From Strigamia acuminata (taxonomy: Eukaryota), in the NCBI GenBank assembly GCA_949358305.1, contig OX442314.1:2418001-2482000 (forward strand): 64,000 nt of DNA, read 5' to 3'. How positions within the stretch are numbered: position 1 is the first letter of the stretch; every line of letters begins with the position of its first letter. The notes below the pieces were generated by a model. The model did not search any database, had not been told where the DNA came from, and saw only the letters and a list, made by a program, of their open reading frames with translations. Shown here piece by piece: positions 40,418 through 60,000 of this stretch. Made by a program: the position numbers and the translations under genes.

Positions 40418-41698
40418 TTTTTCGCTCTTTCCGTAGACGTTTCTCGCTTGCCCTGCGAACGATAAGTCGGCGTGAATTGATGAGAATTTAGCGGACTGTG
40501 ACAGTTTGCAAATTATCGAATTTTTTTTTTGGTTTTGTTTATTTTTTTCGTATAAATGTCTTTCGATTATCCTTAAAATGCGTCGAGCCGATCGTAGGGA
40601 TTAAATGGGGATCGATCGCGGCTAAAAGTAAACGTCAAAGATGTTTTTTCGCATTAGAACTAACCTGGTAATCGTGTAACAAAACGTTGTTTTCAAAAGT
40701 TGGCGCATGGAGGAAGGAAATGTAACTGACGCCGAGCAAACTACGCCGAGGCGCCAAACCTTCTGATTGGTCCAATCGGACCAATGGCGGCGCGGCGTGG
40801 ATTCAAAATGGCTATTTGAAAAAGGAAAAAATGGCGAAATGATTTGGTATTTGGAATAATCAAAATAACTTTATTTAATTAAATTAAATACAAAAAAAAA
40901 AAAAAAAAACTGGATGTAATACCCCACAAAGATATATGGCACTGTACGAACAAGAGCCTAATCGGAAATTTATTATCAAACTTTGGTAGTCGACTACAAA
41001 TAGAAAAATAAAAACCTTTTCGTTTATTTTTATTTCGAAGTAAAATATTATTATTTCTATTTACCCTCGTTTTTAACTCAAAATAAGCAACAAAAAAAGA
41101 AATAAAAATTCGTGAAATACAACATTAAAATAGCAATTAATCGCTGTCAACTGAATTTCTACCTCGAATTCACATTTTACTTTGATTTTATTTGTTCAAA
41201 TGAAAAACAAAATGGCAGTGAACGGTGTAAATTCAAATGCAGAACGCTAATTTCCGGTTTAAATAGATTAACCCAAATATACACATCCGTTTTTTGTTGT
41301 TTGGGAAGTAGATTTGGCCTTACATCGAATGAATATTACCGAGTTACACACTTAAATCCTATTACCTTAGAACAGGTAGAAAAAAGTCAATCTGGAACGT
41401 ATCGTTATCGTTTTATATAAAGAGTTTACTAACAAGTTATACTAACAAGTATACCAGATGCATTATCGAAAATTGGAATATTTTGCGCTTGTTTCTCGCT
41501 CACGTTTACGCACGAACATTACAAAGGTACAAAAAACGCCGACCATTTCCGCAGCCAAAACTAAAATATTAATTAATTAAAATCGTAAAATCTTAAAAAT
41601 TAAAAAACACCCGCACAACAACAGCAACTGGTAGACATCTACAACTTTTTTTTAGTTTTTTCTTTTCTTTTCTTTTCTTTCTTTAAAAAAAAAATTCC

Positions 41699-47812
<6,114 letters not shown>

Positions 47813-48249
47813 GCTAAGGTGTCAAATGGAATCCAATAAATGTATTTTCGACTTCTGTTTCATGTAATTCTGTCTTGCGAGTTGGAAAAATTGATCTCTC
47901 ACGTGAAAAGTGATCGCCGGCGTCCTCGACACACTCGATAGCCGACTCGTCGCTGAGCCTCAGCGAAACCCGACTCGTTTCAATCCGCCATCTTTGATCC
48001 GTTCTCGATTCGCATTCCCATTGGTCGGCGCGAAAAACAACGAAGAGAAAATAAAAACTAACAAAAACCGAATAAAAAGCAACTAATTAGAATAGAAAAA
48101 TTATTTAAATTGTGTAATTTTAAATTTTAAACGAGTAAATAAAATATCGAAAATTGAGTATGGTGGAATCCAGGATATTTTATGACGCATCGGTCGAGCC
48201 CGGTCGAACCGATCTGGAAAATGGAGATGTAAATTTCATTCCGTCAAGT

Positions 48250-48615
48250 ATGACATACATAACGTCGTGGGAAGAGTTTGCCAAAGCTGCAGAACGACTT
48301 TATCTGTCAGACCCGTTGAAGGTGAAGCGAAATACACTAATTTCGTTAATTTAATACCAATTTATTTATTTTTTATTTTTGTAGGTTCGTTTCGTGATGA
48401 AATACCGTCATTGCTCGGGCCTTTTATGCATTAAAATCACCGACGACCAAGTGGTAAAAATTCGCACTACACAATACAAATACGGGTGTGCAAATTAATA
48501 ATCTTCGTTGCAGTGTATTCAATATAGAACCGAGCATGCGCAGGACGTGAAGAAAATAGAAAAGCTGACCAGCCAGTTGATGAGGCATATGGCATCTAAA
48601 GACACCCACCATTAA
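48250..48615 (+). CDS. SRP9: Signal recognition particle 9 kDa protein
   Basis: Exons 48250-48321, 48385-48453 and 48514-48615: [76 protein letters not shown]. Confidence 0.96.
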
Positions 48616-48873
48616 AAATTATGTACAATGACGTATTAAATACCGCGTTTTTCTATACGATTTGAACAATAAAAAATTGATTAATGTCCAAGAAATAAAA
48701 ACTATATATAAAAATGAAAATCCGCCGTGTTTGGCTATTTTTTAAAACCATCTTGGAGAATTTAACCACAACATTACGTAATTTCCTGTTCGGCGCCCTC
48801 TCGTGGCTCTTTTGCGTAAACAAGGCGGGGCAGGGCACTTTCCTCGCGGTTTCCGCATACGTGGACTCGTACG

Positions 48874-50783
48874 ATGGCGGCCCCAATATACAATCCGGTA
48901 AGTAACGACGAAATCATAGAACGAGATTGACAAATGAACGTGTTTGTTGTTGCAGGCGATGCCGTATCTGGGGCCCGTGTTCGGCGGAATGAATCCTGGC
49001 AAAATGATAGCGCTGCAAGGAACGGCGCATCCGGCCGCCCAGCGGTTTGACATAAACTAATAAATAAATTTAATTTTAATAAATAAACGAAATAAAATGT
49101 AATTTTATTGCGACAGGTTTTCGATCAATCTTCAGTGCGGCCCGAACGTGAACCCGCGCGATGACATCGCACTGCACATGTAAATAAAACGAAAAATAAC
49201 GAAACATTGTGATTAATTGTGACGTAATCCGTGATCAGAGATGTGCGATATATTAATTCGACGATCGTGCGCAACTCGCTCGTTATGGCACAATGGGGGC
49301 CCGAGGAACTGCACGGCCCGTTTCCCGTGGCCCGGGCTCAGCCGTTCGAGTTTTTGATATTGGCCGAACCTCACGCCTTTAAAGTGAATCGATTAGAAAT
49401 AAATAACGAAATTTTAATTAAATATTATTTAATTTAGATCGCGATCAACGGATTGCACTACACCGAATACAACCATCGGATGCCGATGGAGCGCGTGAGT
49501 TATTTATCGATCGATGGAGACGTCACCATGACGAGTATTCGTTTTGACGGTGGAAACGTGAGTTTAGTGTCTAAAATATTTAAAAACATTTAAAAATGTC
49601 TAAAAATGTCTAAAAGCTATTTTTAAATGTCTAAAAACTATTTTTTAATGTCTAAAAAATATTTTAAAATGTCTAAAAAATATTTTAAAATGTCTAAAAA
49701 ATATTTTAAAATGTCTAAAAATATTTTAAAATGCTTAAAAATGTCTAAAAAATATTTTAAAACGTCTAAAAATGTCTAAAAAATATTTTAAAATGTCTAA
49801 AAATGTCTAAAAAATATTTTAAAATGTTTAAAAATGTCTAAAATGACTAAAAAATATTTTAAAATGTCTATAAATGTCTAAAATGACTAAAAAATATTTT
49901 GAAATGTCTAAAAAATATTTAAAATGTCTAAAAAATATTTAAAATGTCTAAAAAATATTTAAAATGTCTAAAAAATATTTAAAATGTCTAAAAAATATTT
50001 AAAATGTCTAAAAAATATTTAAAATGTCTAAAAAATATTTAAAATGTCTAAAAAATATTTAAAATGTCTAAAAAATATTTAAAATGTCTAAAAAATATTT
50101 AAAATGTCTAAAAAATATTTAAAATGTCTAAAAAATATTTAAAATGTCTAAAAAATATTTTAAAATGTCTAAAATGACTAAAAAATATTTAAAAATGTCA
50201 ATGTCTAAAATGTCTTTAAAAAATGCATTTTTAGACGTCATATATGCCGACTCCCGGCCCGATGCCGCAGCCGCCGCCTTATCAAGCTCCATCGTATCAA
50301 ATGGGCCAGATCCCTCCGCCAGGCGGTTTGTATCCGCGGCAACAAGGAGTTCCGTACGCGGGCGCGGCATACGGTCACCCGACCGTTCTTGCCGTGCCCG
50401 GTCCCTACAGCGTAACTATAACTCGCATTTATTTTCGTTTTTTGAATGATTTTTATCGGTCGATTTCTCCTTTGTAGCGATCGCCGCACATCTCGCCGCA
50501 TCACTCACCGCACATCAGCCGCAGCGCCGCCATCCCCATCGTCGGTGGTGTCGGCGCCGGAATACTCGCCGGGGCGTTGCTGCACGGCCATCACGTAAAC
50601 AAAATTGAAAAATTAGAATTCGGACGTTAAATTTAAACGTTTTTGTCGTTATTATTTCTCTAGAAACATAAGCGACACAAGTGGATGAAATCGGGGTTCA
50701 AACACAAAGCGTTTAAATTCAAACACAAGCACAAGCACGGCTTCCATATGCATCGCTGGGGCAGTTCGTCCAGCTCCGAATAA
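48874..50783 (+). CDS. Galectin: N-terminal CRD + Pro/Gly/Tyr-rich linker + His/Lys-rich tail
   Basis: Eight in-phase exons: PIYNP.MPY.G...GG, RFSINLQCG..DDIALH, IVRNS..WGPEE, FKIAING.HYTEYNHR, IDGDV, then a low-complexity C-terminus ending WGSSSSE*. Confidence 0.85.
49570..50220. repeat. Intronic 20-21-bp tandem repeat AAAATGTCTAAAAAATATTT
   Basis: About 30 copies. Confidence 0.95.
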
Positions 50784-51066
50784 CCGAAATAATTCTTCAA
50801 AGCTTCAAATTGAGTTATAATGCGCTGGCGAGGCGTTAAATCATTAAATCCGATCGTTAATAACCGATGAAACCAAGATAAGCCTCGTTTGTTGTTGCAT
50901 GTATTAAAATCGTCACGAGGTTTTATTGACATTTTTCTTTTAATGGATCAATCCAAATGCCTAACAATAACAAATACCGTGCAAGTTTGTATAAATAAGT
51001 AAATAGCACTTTTGGATTGTACACAAACTGTAAATTATATATATAATACACGAAGTTTTAACGCGT

Positions 51067-54000
51067 TCACGCAATCGGCACTTTCTTTTCTTCCACTGGC
51101 TTCACATTCAAAATGGCGTATTCGTTCTCGATGCAGTGCACTTTGAGTTTCTTGTCGGGGCTCGTTTTGCTCTCGTACGCGTACAAGGGGCTCATGCTCG
51201 ACGACAGGCTCTCCAAGCTGCCTCGCGGATAAAATCCCATCCGACGTTTGCGATAAACCTGTTTTATTATATTAATAACATTAGATTATTACGGGTCAAG
51301 CCTCGCTATTATGAACAATTCAAGGGAACAAAGAATGGTTTGTATTAGCGAGAGTTCTTGACGAGGATTTCGTTAGAACGAGAAAAACATAAGAAACTTA
51401 AACACAATTTAGAAAAATTAGAAAAATTGTAGCAAAGATGATTCTGGTGCTTTTGGATATTTTTTCTCATAATTTTGACATTTTACTTGTATTTCTCATG
51501 ATTTTGACGTTTTAAAGTAATTTTTCTTAAGAATCCTGCAATTTTTGTATATTTTCTCAGTTCTAATGTGCATCAAAATGCATCATCATGAGAAGACACC
51601 TTAAAAATGACAAAATCATGAGATAAAACGTCAAAATCATGAGAAAACACACATAAAAACGTCTAAATCATGAGAAAATGCGTATAAAAATAACAAAATC
51701 ATGAGAAAACACGCATAAAAACGTCAAAATCATGAGAAAACACACATAAAAACGTCAAAATTATGAGAAAATGCGTATAAAAATAACAAAATCATGAGAA
51801 AACACGCATAAAAACGTCAAAATCATGAGAAAACACACATAAAAACGTCAAAATCATGAGAAAACACGCATAAAAACGTCAAAATCATGAGAAAACACAC
51901 ATAAAAACGTCTAAATCATGAGAAAATGCGTATAAAAACGTCAAAATTATGAGAAAATGCACTTAGAAATGTCAAAAACATGAGAAAATCAGGCCATTTT
52001 TAACCTGAGTAATTAAAATATTTCCGCAAACAAACAGAAATCACAGATTGTGTTCACCAATCTCGAGTAAACAACACAAAGTTGGCTTTTCAACAATGTG
52101 TCATGGCTTTTCACATTGTAGAACATCTTTGAACACAATCTGTGATTAGGACTTTTAGAAATATTTAATTATTAATTAATAATTATTAATTTGCTGTTTT
52201 TAGTTACCATGACACCGCCGATGAGTGCGCAAATTAAAACGAGTGCGAGGAATGTGAAAACTAAGATGGCGGCCACGGTGACGGCCGAAAAATGGAAAAA
52301 GTTGCCGCGCGCGTCGGACACTTGGTGGTAAAAGGTCGACTCGTTCGGGAGTGCGTGCAGGATGTGTTGGCCGATTAAAAGTCGCATGAAACCGTGTCGC
52401 AACTGAAAGAAGGGAAATTAATGAATGGTTTTTTTGTTTTTGGTTTTGTAACTGGTTTAGTTACCATTTCTTCTAATGTGTAAGCTGCGTCTACGTTGTT
52501 GTCGCCGACCAATACGAATTTGATTACGACTTCGTCGTTGTGGATGCTGATTACGATCTCGTCCGATGTCATTGCTTCCACTTGCTGTAAAATGTCGGCC
52601 ATTGCTCTGAAAATTACAACGAATAAAGTTAGAATTTCGTGGGAAAATGTAAGATTTTTACGGAAATTTTTGAAGATTTTTACAGAGTTACGGAAAATTT
52701 TAGATTTTTACGGATATATTAAACGTTTATACGGAAAAGTCTAACGTTTTCACTGAAAACTTGTGCAATTTTTACAGAATTACGAAATAATTTTACGTTT
52801 TTACAGAATTTACGGAAAAATTTAAGATTTTTACAGAATTACGGAAAAATCTAACGTTTTTACAGAAAAATTTAAGATTTTTATGCAAAAATTTAAGATT
52901 TTTATGTAAAAATTTAAGATTTTTATGTAAAAATTTAAGATTTTTATGCAAAAATTTAAGATTTTTATGTAAAAATTTAAGATTTTTATGTAAAAATTTA
53001 AGATTTTTATGTAAAAATTTAAGATTTTTATGTAAAAATTTAAGATTTTTATGTAAAAATTTAAGATTTTTATGTAAAAATTTAAGATTTTTATGTAAAA
53101 ATTTAAGATTTTTATGTAAAAATTTAAGATTTTTATGGAAAAACCTAAGATTTTATGCAAAAACCTAAGATTTTTTTGCAAAAATCTGTAATTCCATGCA
53201 AAAATCTGTGATTTTATGCAAAAATCTGTGATTTTATGCAAAAACCTAAGATTTTTTGCAAAAATCTGTAATTCCATGCAAAAATCTGTGATTTTATGCA
53301 AAAATCTGTGATTTTATGCAAAAACCTAAGATTTTTTGCAAAAATCTGTAATTCCATGCAAAAATCTAAGATTTTATGCAAAAATCTGTAATTCCATGCA
53401 AAAATCTGTGATTTTATGCAAAAATCTGTGATTTTATGCAAAAATCTGTGATTTTATGCAAAAACCTAAGATTTTTTGCAAAAATCTGTAATTCCATGCA
53501 AAAATCTAAGATTTTATGCAAAAATCTGTAATTCCATGCAAAAATCTGTGATTTTATGCAAAAATCTGTGATTTTATGCAAAAATCTGTGATTTTATGCA
53601 AAAACCTAAGATTTTTTGCAAAAATCTGTAATTCCATGCAAAAATCTAAGATTTTATGCAAAAATCTGTAATTCCATGCAAAAATCTGTGATTTTATGCA
53701 AAAATCTGTGATTTTATGCAAAAACCTAAGATTTTTTGCAAAAATCTGTAATTCCATGCAAAAATCTAAGATTTTATGCAAAAATCTGTAATTCCATGCA
53801 AAAATCTGTGATTTTATGCAAAAATCTGTGATTTTATGCAAAAACCTAAGATTTTTTGCAAAAATCTGTAATTCCATGCAAAAATCTAAGATTTTATGCA
53901 AAAATCTGTAATTCCATGCAAAAATCTGTGATTTTATGCAAAAATTTTACTCTTTGATCAAACGATCCTCCAAATCCGTCCTCGATTTCAGTCGGAACAC

Positions 54001-57000
54001 CAACTTGACTCGAATCAACTCGATTTTCCGCATCGCTACAACAAAACAAACAAAAAATCAATCCTCATTTCCCCTCATCGAACCAAAAAAACCTCTTACG
54101 ACAAATCTGCGAACCCTCTTCAAAAGTATCCGAATCCGGCACCTTAGTCCCCGCTCCATCAACGCACCAGCACACCCGATCGTCGCACTGCGTCGCCACA
54201 AACCCGCCGTCCCCATCGCACGTCGGCGCCCGTCGCATCCACGTCCCCGCCATCGCCGCTTCCTTCCGACACCGCGAATCCATCTTGTCGCCCGAAACCG
54301 TCGACTTGACCGTCGTAGACGACGTGGTCGTTCCATCGCCGTCGCACACGACGCGATTGCCGTCCAGATCCACAAACATCGCGGCGCACTCGTCGCACGC
54401 GTCGGCGGTGCACACCACGTCGTCCCGCCCGCCGCACGTCATCCCGCGGCACGCCAAGCGACGACTGCACGCCGCCGGCACGTTCAACGGATCCACGCTC
54501 GCGCACAGCACCAGGTCTGGACAACGCGCTTCGCATTCCTCGCGCGTCTCGAAGTTGTTGTCGTTGCCGTCGCAGCCGCCGAAGATGAATTCCTCGCAGC
54601 GGTCGCTGAATTGGTTGAAGTACCAACGGCGCATGCTCGCGCGACACATGCCGACGCGCTTGGGCTGCTCGCAGATGTTGGGCGGAGCGTCGCACTCGGC
54701 CGCGCATTCGTCGGCCGAGTTGAAGTTGTTGTCGTTGCCGCCGCAGCCGCCGTACACGAACTGCTCGCATCGGCCCGCCGTGCGGTTGTAGCTGAACCGC
54801 CGGTAGCTGGCGCGACACACTCCGACCACTTGAGGTTGGCTGCATTTTTCTACGAGAAAAAAAACAAATAATTTAAAAAAGGAATCAATTTTTTTTTTAA
54901 AAAGTTGTGGAATAGGGTTTCTTTTTTTTCGGGGTTTTGGATTTCCTGGTTCTCGGTAATAAACAGTCCGGTACTTTCGGTACCATAATTATTTTCGATG
55001 TTTTTTATTATCATTTTTTGATTAATTTCTGAAATGTTTTATCGTTTTAGACGCTTTTTGGTGGATTTTCATCGTTTGACAGGTTTTATCATCATTTCAG
55101 ATGCTTTTTGATGGAATTTTAATCTTTTTAGACGTCTTATCATCATTTTAGATGTCGTATCACTTTAGACGCTTTTTGATGGATTTTTAATCGTTTTAGA
55201 CGCTTTTTGATGAATTTTTAAACGTTTTAGACGCTTTTTGATGGATTTTTAATCGTTTTAGACGCTTTTTGATGGATTTTTAATCGTTTTAGACGCTTTT
55301 TGATGAATTTTTAAACGTTTTAGACGCTTTTTGATGGATTTTTAATCGTTTTAGACGCTTTTTGATGGATTTTTAATCGTTTTAGACGCTTTTTGATGGA
55401 TTTTTAATCGTTTTAGACGCTTTTTGATAGATTTTTAATCGTTTTAGACGCTTTTTGACGGATTTTTAATCGTTTTAGGCGCCTAAAACGATGAATTATC
55501 AATTATAAGACGTCTAAAATGAAGAAAAACGATAAAAATGTGTGAAATGCTGAAAATAGATCAAGAAAACATCTAAAATGATCAACCATGTCACGTCCAG
55601 ACCGACCAAGTTTGTCATTGTGACATTACAAAGTATCATTTCTCTAATTCTGACCGGAAAACCGCTGGTACCGATTCTGTTTACAAATTTCCCGGCTTTC
55701 GACACCTCAATTCTCCAGCCGGTTTCCCAGAAAATCCTTCCCCCAAGCACACGTAAACAAAACCCAAGTACGGCAATACCTTCGCACGTCAACGATTCGC
55801 CTTTCTTCGAGACGAACGCGACTTTGCAGTTGTTGCACGGGTCTGCCAGACACACAGCGTCCGGATGAGCCTCGCAGTACGCGCTCAGACACTCGTCCTT
55901 GCACACGCGCGCCTTCCACCGTCCGTTCGGACACACGTCCAACGTCTCGTCGCGCTCCAGCACTCGTCCGTCGTCCGAACATCGAATGTCGCCGCGCCCG
56001 ATCGACTCGTGTATCGGCTCTCCGTCCTCCGTCACGCACCAACTTAGAATCCCGGTCGTCTGGGTCGGCGAATACGCTCCACCCTCGGTGCATTGGGGCA
56101 GCGTGACCCCCATGAGCAGCGCCTCCAACGGCAGTTCGGGCAGCGGCGCCGCCGTCGTGGTTGTCCCAACTTCCCGCCTCGTTCTCATCGGGTTCAACAA
56201 CGCCACGGGCAGCGAGACCTCCAAATTGGCCCAGGCCTGCGAGTTGACCACTCGCAGCAGCTCCGACTGACAGGGAGAGAGCCCGGCGCCGCAGTCCACG
56301 CGGTGACCGGTCGCGTTGTAGAAGTTGGTCGTGCAGCCGTCGCACGGGTCGATTTGGCAGACGGCCGAGGGGTCGGCGAGGCAGATTTTGTCCCGGCATA
56401 ATTCCGGACGGCACACGTGGACGAGTTGCGAGGGTTCGCACACGCTGGTTATGTTGGTTTGCGGGAATTTGCGGCCCGTGCGGGAGGAGCAGTGCGGGAC
56501 GCCGCGGACCAACGAGCCGGGCAGTTGCTCGCCGTCGCGGTTCACGCACCAGCAGAGGCCGAGCGACGGGAGACACTGGATGGGTTCCCAGGCGCCGGTG
56601 AACGAGTTACATCTGTGGGAATGAGAAATTAAGGTGAGAAAAATGGTTGGAGAATTCGTTCGAGGAATCACTTGCTTTGGAATGAATGTGTCTCTGTGGT
56701 GGAGCGCCATTAGTGCTTTGTTTTTCTCTTTCAACTGCTCGCAAGCGGACAACACTGAAAATAGAACGATGGAAAATTGTTGATTAAAAAAGTCGATTGG
56801 AAAAAGTAAAATAAAATAAAATAAAGTAAAAAATGAATATTGGAGGTGCGTTCGATCTTAAATGGATTTCCGAAATCGTGATTTTCTTGATTTTCAGAAA
56901 TCGAGGAAATCGAATTTCAACTTTGGACGACTTTAAATTTTCCCAAAATCCAACTGCTGCACATGCGCAATGTGAACCGGCCGAAATGTCACGATTTCGC

Positions 57001-60000
57001 CATTCAGGACGTTTAAACACAATCGGCCCCTTACCGAGAGCTCAAACGCGGCCAAAATATCACGATTTTCCCACGCCATAGCACGCCAAAACATTTAAAC
57101 GCTTTAGCATTCGAGAGCTTAAATGCGGCCAAAAATTATCGCTTGCTTCTGGTTTGCAATTGTTAAAATGCAAACAAAAATAACTGCTCTGATCGCTCTA
57201 TGTGCAATTTGAAATGGCTGAAAATCAACTTGGAAATCAAGGAAATCAAGGAAAGCGATTTCCCAAAATCGGATTTCATTTTTACGACGTAAAAATCGTC
57301 ACTTCCGATCTCCCGAAATCAAGAAAATCCACGAATTCAAAGAAATCCATTTAAGATTGAACGCACCTAACGACAATAATAATGATATTCTAAGCTTTTC
57401 TTTTCTTTGTCCAACTCTGGAGCATCTAACATCCCTTCACAGCCCTCCCAACGTCACCCGACCTTTCACTCTTATAAATCAAACTTGTGGTGATTGGTCA
57501 CCTCGTGGTCAAGGAGGGCCACCGAGTGCTTGGAAACCATTCACGATTAAGAACAACACAGAACACATTGATATTATCTTTATTGCTACCGTAAGGGTTG
57601 TGCATTCACCGTGTCATCACCTTTGGTCGCCTTTCAGCAATCCAACCCAGACCAACCGCTGACCACATGTTCTGTATAACTTTCCTTCAGGGCGTGGAAA
57701 GTCCTGCAGACTTTAAGGCAACCTGGCCTCTATTTGCCATTGTCTCAAACACCATCTCCTCCTCTCGTAGCACGCCCAAAATGTACTAAGTCAGTTGTGA
57801 CAGTATTGTCACAGACTGACCCCTTGCAGAATCCCCTGTTCTCATTGGCTACAATAGGAATGCCGCTCCGATGTAGGCTAAGGAGCTGCTGAGAATCTGT
57901 ATAATGTTGCCAGTGCCGACTGGTGCCAGAATCATAAACTATACTCTCTTCGCAGCTTTGGGGGTTTAAGGCCTTCCAGAGCCTTACGCACTTCTATGCC
58001 GGCCCTTCCCAAAACGTTACTAAGTCCCTTCTGACCTTCACTTCCGCCCTCATATTTATAACTTAATTCTTAATAACACAATAAAGAGTTTGCGGGATGC
58101 ATTTTTCCCTTATTTTGCTCTACGATACACTATTTTAGTGCCATATCGTAAGGGAAAAATCTTTAGTGTATCGTTTTCAACACTAAATTAAAATATAGCG
58201 CAGCCAATCAGAATTGAGAACACTATATTGTTAGCTCCGCCCATTGCAAATGGCGATTATTTTGTTGTCCCGATCAAACACATCAGTCATAGGTACGTAG
58301 ATTGAATGATAAGTGAGGCCCAAAATTGAATTTTAGGCCCAAAACCATACTCTATAGGCATAATAATAGAATTTTATGCAGAAATTTGCACATTTACGCC
58401 CCCAAATTGAATTTTTAGGCCCAAAATTACGAACTGTCAGTAGTTGGCTGAAATAGTGTAGTGATAAGGGAAATGTGCAGCCCGCAAAAACTTAATTTAT
58501 CATTTTTCCCTTACACTATTTTTATACCGTATAGTCTTTAACTGTAAGGGAAAAATGCATCCCGCAAACTCTCTAATGATTGAATTCTTCTTACACTGCT
58601 TGAAATTTCATATTTACTTCACCAGAAAGTCATGTAAATACGATGTAAAGACTGTATTTACTGTTTACAAACAGTAAACACCGTCTTCCGCTAAAGTAAA
58701 TATGAAATTTCAAGCAGTGTTACCTGTAATTTGTACGGAACTACTGTAAATACATTAATTAATATTAATAATAAATAATTAATAATTTTAAATAAATTAA
58801 TAAACAAATAATTGTAATACCTGGGCAGACGAATCGACAGTCGGCTTGCGTTTGAAAGTTATTCAAATTTCCGCCGCATCCGCCGTACGTGAACTCCTGG
58901 CAAGTGTTGGTCGGCGCATGGAACGACCAGCGCGGGATGGCCGCCATGCACAGACCCGGGTCTTGAGGTTGCGCGCACACTTCGCGCGGTTTCGGACAGC
59001 ACACGGCAAACTCGCCCAGCGGACTCAGCTGGCATTTGTGGCTCGAAGGACACGTCTCGCCTTGCACGCCGCAACGAATCGTTTGTCCGGTCATCGCGTC
59101 GCGGAATGGTTCGCCGATGGAACACGGATTCTGCGCCCTTTGGACGCCTTGTGGGAAAAAATCGATTCGTTATTGATTAATGATTATTTGAGTGAAGTCT
59201 TAGTCTTACACATGGGAATCGAGGGGCACGGTCCACCGCTGCACTCGAGGGCCACCGGTCGACATTCTTCGTTTTTGGCGCAAATTTGGTTCGAGCACGG
59301 ATCGGTGCAAGCGCATGTCGGACAGCCGTCGTCGTCGAGTCGCATGCCGAATTCGCAATGGAGATCGCATTCCACCACTGCACACATTCGAGGAGCTGCA
59401 ATTCAAACATGTATAAAATATCGATTTTGGACAAAAAATGGATTTTTTCTTCGGTTTTCGTACGAAAAACGGACGTTTTCTCAGTTTTCGTACAAAAAAT
59501 GGATTTTTTCTTCGGTTTTCTTATAAAAGCTGGATGTTTTCCTCAGTTTTCGTACGAAAAAAAAATGTTTTCCTCAGTTTTCGTACGAAAAATTAATGTT
59601 TTCCTCAGTTTTCGTACGGAAAATGGAATTTTTTCATAGATTTTGTACGAAAAATCAGTGTTTTCCTCAGTTTTCGTACGAAAAATGGAATTTTTCTCAG
59701 ATTTTATACAAAAAATCAATTTTTTCCTCAGTTTTCGTACGAAAAATGGATTTTTTCTTCGGTTTTCTTATAAAAGCTGGATGTTTTCCTCAGTTTTCGT
59801 ACGAAAAAAAAATGTTTTCCTCAGTTTTCGTACGAAAAATTAATGTTTTCCTCAGTTTTCGTACGAAAAATGGAATTTTTTTCTCAGATTTTATACGAAA
59901 AATCAATTTTTTCCTCAGTTTTCGTATGAAAAATCGATGTTTTCCTCAGTTTTCGTACAAAAAATGGAATTTTTTCTCAGATTTTATACAAAAAAATCAA

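Noticed and set aside
53936..54871. 311-aa plus-strand ORF and similar antisense ORFs over GC-rich exons
   Set aside because: Antisense shadows of Kunitz/thyroglobulin exons caused by high GC3.
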